DNA of 59,435 bases, counting the filler. It is 6 parts of 6 records of this genome, joined end to end, with 100 filler letters (N's around TTAATTAATTAA, not from the genome) between each part and the next. Parts side by side here need not be neighbours in the genome. Positions count along the whole stretch, not along the records: positions 35,860 to 59,435 come from SRR31147125_11205; 5 more parts are not named here. One strand, written 5' to 3'. Shown one piece after another: positions 56,589 to 59,435 of this stretch (the first letter of the stretch is position 1; every line of letters starts with the position of its first letter). Below the pieces are notes generated by a model, which was not told the DNA's origin, did not search any database, and saw nothing but the letters and a program-made list of their open reading frames with translations. The position numbers and the translations under genes were made by a program.

Positions 56589-57692
56589 CTAATTAACTAA
56601 AACACAACAATAATCATACTTGGCCGTCAGTGGGTCATATGCCACCACTGCAGCAAGGTCACCATTGGGGTCTATTACCCTGAAAAATTGAGATGTTACA
56701 AGAGAGTTCTCTTGAGGTGAATCGACTCTTTTTCCTCTATTTTTCGCCCCCTCATGATCATCTCCATCCAGCCTCTCTTGACCAGCGCCATGCCCCTGCC
56801 CCATCTGCTCTGACAGGAGATCTGCTGTATGTGAAGTGAAATCTGGGAATATCGAATCTCTGCTTTCTAATGCTCTCGACTTCAGAGGGGCTCTAGAAGG
56901 ATAAAAAGGACGACCAAATCGAACCGTGGTCATCAGTTCGGCATCCGCATGAATGGCCGGCAGGAAAGAGAGGGACTGCGCCATGGGGGTCACGTAACGA
57001 TCAAAGGCCGTTTCTCTATCCATGGCCTCCAATTCATTGAGAGACACGGCCCGGTCAACGGGGACACCGCAGGTTTCGGTTCTTCGGAGGGATGAGAGCA
57101 TGGCACCGCAGCCCAATGCCCGGCCCATGTCATGGGCCAAACTTCGAATATAGGTGCCGGATGAGCAATGAACATTCAGTGTCACATGGGGAAGATTCAA
57201 TGCGATTATCTCAATGGAATGAATTTCAATTTGACGCGGAGGCTTTTGGACCGGCCGCCCTTCCCTGGCCAACTGATACAGGGGCTTTCCTTTATGTTTC
57301 AAGGCGGAATAGACAGGGGGCTGCTGCATCTGCATCCCTTTGAATTTCTCCAGTAGCGCCGTGAACTTTTGAGGAGTGACCGCATCAATCTGATCTTGAG
57401 AGGCTTCACGCACAACCGTCCCCGTGATATCCAGGGTATCGGTCTCTTTACCCAGTGTCACTCCTGCAACGTATCTTTTGGCACTGTCCAGTAGAAAACG
57501 GGATATTTTCGTCCCTTTATTGATCCCGCACAGCATCAAACCCGTAGCAAAGGGATCCAACGTTCCGGTATGACCGACTTTTTTCACGCCCAATGCTTTT
57601 TTCACACGTGCCACCACAGCGGCGGAGGAGATGCCTTCAGGTTTATCAACGGCAAGAATGCCGTGATGGAGCTGCATATCAATTCCGGGCAT
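56589..57692 (-). CDS. truB: tRNA pseudouridine(55) synthase
   Basis: DKP, GHTGTLDP, PPVYSA, SGTYIRSL. Confidence 0.96.
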   Translation of the reverse strand: MPGIDMQLHHGILAVDKPEGISSAAVVARVKKALGVKKVGHTGTLDPFATGLMLCGINKGTKISRFLLDSAKRYVAGVTLGKETDTLDITGTVVREASQDQIDAVTPQKFTALLEKFKGMQMQQPPVYSALKHKGKPLYQLAREGRPVQKPPRQIEIHSIEIIALNLPHVTLNVHCSSGTYIRSLAHDMGRALGCGAMLSSLRRTETCGVPVDRAVSLNELEAMDRETAFDRYVTPMAQSLSFLPAIHADAELMTTVRFGRPFYPSRAPLKSRALESRDSIFPDFTSHTADLLSEQMGQGHGAGQERLDGDDHEGAKNRGKRVDSPQENSLVTSQFFRVIDPNGDLAAVVAYDPLTAKYDYCCVLVN

Positions 57693-58168
57693 TACGCATC
57701 CGATGTATCTTCGTCGGACCGATGTCGGCCACTATTTGCTCGGTTATCCGACGCATGACCGTTCCCCCTTGTACCATCTACACCACTAGCATCATCTGCA
57801 TTATCAGCGACAGAATCGGTGCGTTTCCCCGATACCTGGTTGAGAAGGGAATCAATACGAGCGCCGTAGTCAAACGACCGATCATGAACAAACCGAATCT
57901 CGGGCATGTACTTGAGCCCCAACTTCGGAGCAATCATTCGCTTGATATACCCATGGGAGCTTTTAAATCCCTCCATGGCGTCAGCCACACTTTTCTCCCC
58001 ACCGAAATGGGTGAAATAGACATAGGCAACCCTTAAATCGGAGGTGACTTTCACACTGCTGATGGTGGCCATTTCAATGCGGGGATCCCGCATTTTTCGG
58101 CTGAGCAGCTCTGACAGGGCCGATTGGATGGCAACGCCGATTCGATCCGCTCGTGGATACGGTTTCAT
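57692..58168 (-). CDS. rbfA: Ribosome-binding factor A
   Basis: RADR, RDPR, DLRVA, PEIRF.HD; between infB and truB. Confidence 0.95.
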   Translation of the reverse strand: MKPYPRADRIGVAIQSALSELLSRKMRDPRIEMATISSVKVTSDLRVAYVYFTHFGGEKSVADAMEGFKSSHGYIKRMIAPKLGLKYMPEIRFVHDRSFDYGARIDSLLNQVSGKRTDSVADNADDASGVDGTRGNGHASDNRANSGRHRSDEDTSDA

Positions 58169-58174
58169 GGGGGG

Positions 58175-59434
58175 TTACTCCTTCAAACTGTCGATACTGG
58201 CTTTGCGCTCTTCAATTTCATAACACTCAATGACATCACCTACTTTGATGTCATTGTATTTCTCGATACCGATACCGCACTCGTATCCTTGACTCACCTC
58301 TTTGGCATCGTCCTTAAATCGACGCAGTGAAGAAATGATGCTGTCGCACTTGACCACCCCTTCCCGGAGCAGGCGGATTTTCTCCCCTCGGGTCACCTTG
58401 CCGTCCTGAACAAAACAACCGGCAATGGTACCGCGACTCGGAATGACAAAGGTATCCCGCACTTCAGCGCGTCCCAGGATATTCTCGTGAAACGTGGAAG
58501 GCATCAAGCCGGTCAAGGCCGCTTTGATATCGTTTATCACATTGTAGATAATATCATAGAAGCGCATGTCGACATTCTCTTCCTTGGCCAGCTCTCGCAC
58601 CTTAGGCGTCGGACGAACATTGAAGCCGATAATGATGGCATCGGACACTGCCGCCAGGGAGACATCGGACTCATTGATGGCACCAATTCCGGAGTGAACG
58701 ATTTTGATATCCACCTCTTCTTGGACCAATTTCATCAACGATTCATTAAGGGCTTCCAAAGATCCGTGAACATCGGCTTTAAGCAGAAGTTTCAGCTCTT
58801 TGATCTCATCGGCACCCATGTTGGCAAACAGTTTCTCAAGGTTGGCTCTGCTCTTCTTGGCCAGCTCTTTAGCCCGCTCTTTTTGCATTCGGTTTTCACT
58901 GATCTGCTTGGCATCCTTTTCAGACGCCAGGGCAACGAATTCGTCTCCCGCCTCCGGGACGCCATTCATTCCCATAATCTCAACCGGCGTACTGGGACCT
59001 GCGGAATCAATGGTTTGCCCCATATCCCCGATCATGGTTCTGATTTTACCGGAGTGAAGACCACAAACCACCGGTTCGCTCGCCTTCAAGGTTCCCTGCT
59101 GCACCAGTACGGTGGCGACAGGTCCACGACCGGCATCCAGACGCGCTTCCACCACATGGCCGACGGCCAGACGGTTGGGATTGGCTTTTAACTCCAGCAC
59201 CTCGGCCTGGAGCAGAATCATCTCAAGCAAATGATCGATTCCCATCTCGGTCTTTGCAGAGACCTGGGCAAAGATCACATCCCCGCCCCAATCTTCCGAA
59301 AGCAATCCATGCTCTGCCAGCTCTCGGGTGACGCGATCGGGATCCGCATCGGGCTTATCCATCTTGTTTACGGCAACAACAACCGGAACCTCCGCCGCTT
59401 TGGAGTGGTTGATCGCCTCAATGGTCTGGGGCAT
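58175..59434 (-). CDS. infB: Translation initiation factor IF-2, C-terminal part
   Basis: [29 protein letters not shown]. Confidence 0.98.
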   Translation of the reverse strand: MPQTIEAINHSKAAEVPVVVAVNKMDKPDADPDRVTRELAEHGLLSEDWGGDVIFAQVSAKTEMGIDHLLEMILLQAEVLELKANPNRLAVGHVVEARLDAGRGPVATVLVQQGTLKASEPVVCGLHSGKIRTMIGDMGQTIDSAGPSTPVEIMGMNGVPEAGDEFVALASEKDAKQISENRMQKERAKELAKKSRANLEKLFANMGADEIKELKLLLKADVHGSLEALNESLMKLVQEEVDIKIVHSGIGAINESDVSLAAVSDAIIIGFNVRPTPKVRELAKEENVDMRFYDIIYNVINDIKAALTGLMPSTFHENILGRAEVRDTFVIPSRGTIAGCFVQDGKVTRGEKIRLLREGVVKCDSIISSLRRFKDDAKEVSQGYECGIGIEKYNDIKVGDVIECYEIEERKASIDSLKE

Positions 59435-59435
59435 G

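Overview
The window is not one locus. It is six unrelated contigs (1-5491, 5592-10799, 10900-18666, 18767-29024, 29125-35759, 35860-59435) joined by identical 100-nt N44-TTAATTAATTAA-N44 linkers. About 16 reading-frame breaks fall mostly in homopolymer runs, so I treat them as sequencing errors and rejoin the genes by hand. Contig 1 holds kefF/kefC and an HD-GYP response regulator / ModA-like lipoprotein / sensor operon. Contig 2 is very AT-rich and looks accessory or prophage-like. It has a C5 cytosine methyltransferase convergent with a MORC-type GHKL ATPase-histidine kinase fusion and a receiver protein with an unknown effector, plus an AbrB-like gene, a structured leader and an AntA antirepressor. 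This module is the best candidate for an uncharacterised system. Contig 3 has an aldo/keto reductase, nrdBA with class Ic (tyrosyl-radical-less) signatures, tandem NrdR-like boxes, dcd and a DUF5916-like gene. Contig 4 is a CheC/CheD-type chemosensory operon with four CheYs, PilZ, a Rossmann-GAF-PAS kinase and an ExxT-variant CheC. Contig 5 has nadA, tatBC, a multi-stem intergenic element and a DeoR/SDR/ABC catabolic cluster. Contig 6 resembles a deltaproteobacterium and carries cheA-cheD-HDOD-cheY-cheX-cheB, ssb, tamB-omp85 and infB-rbfA-truB-rpsO-pnp. All calls come from reading motifs by eye; no database searches were run.
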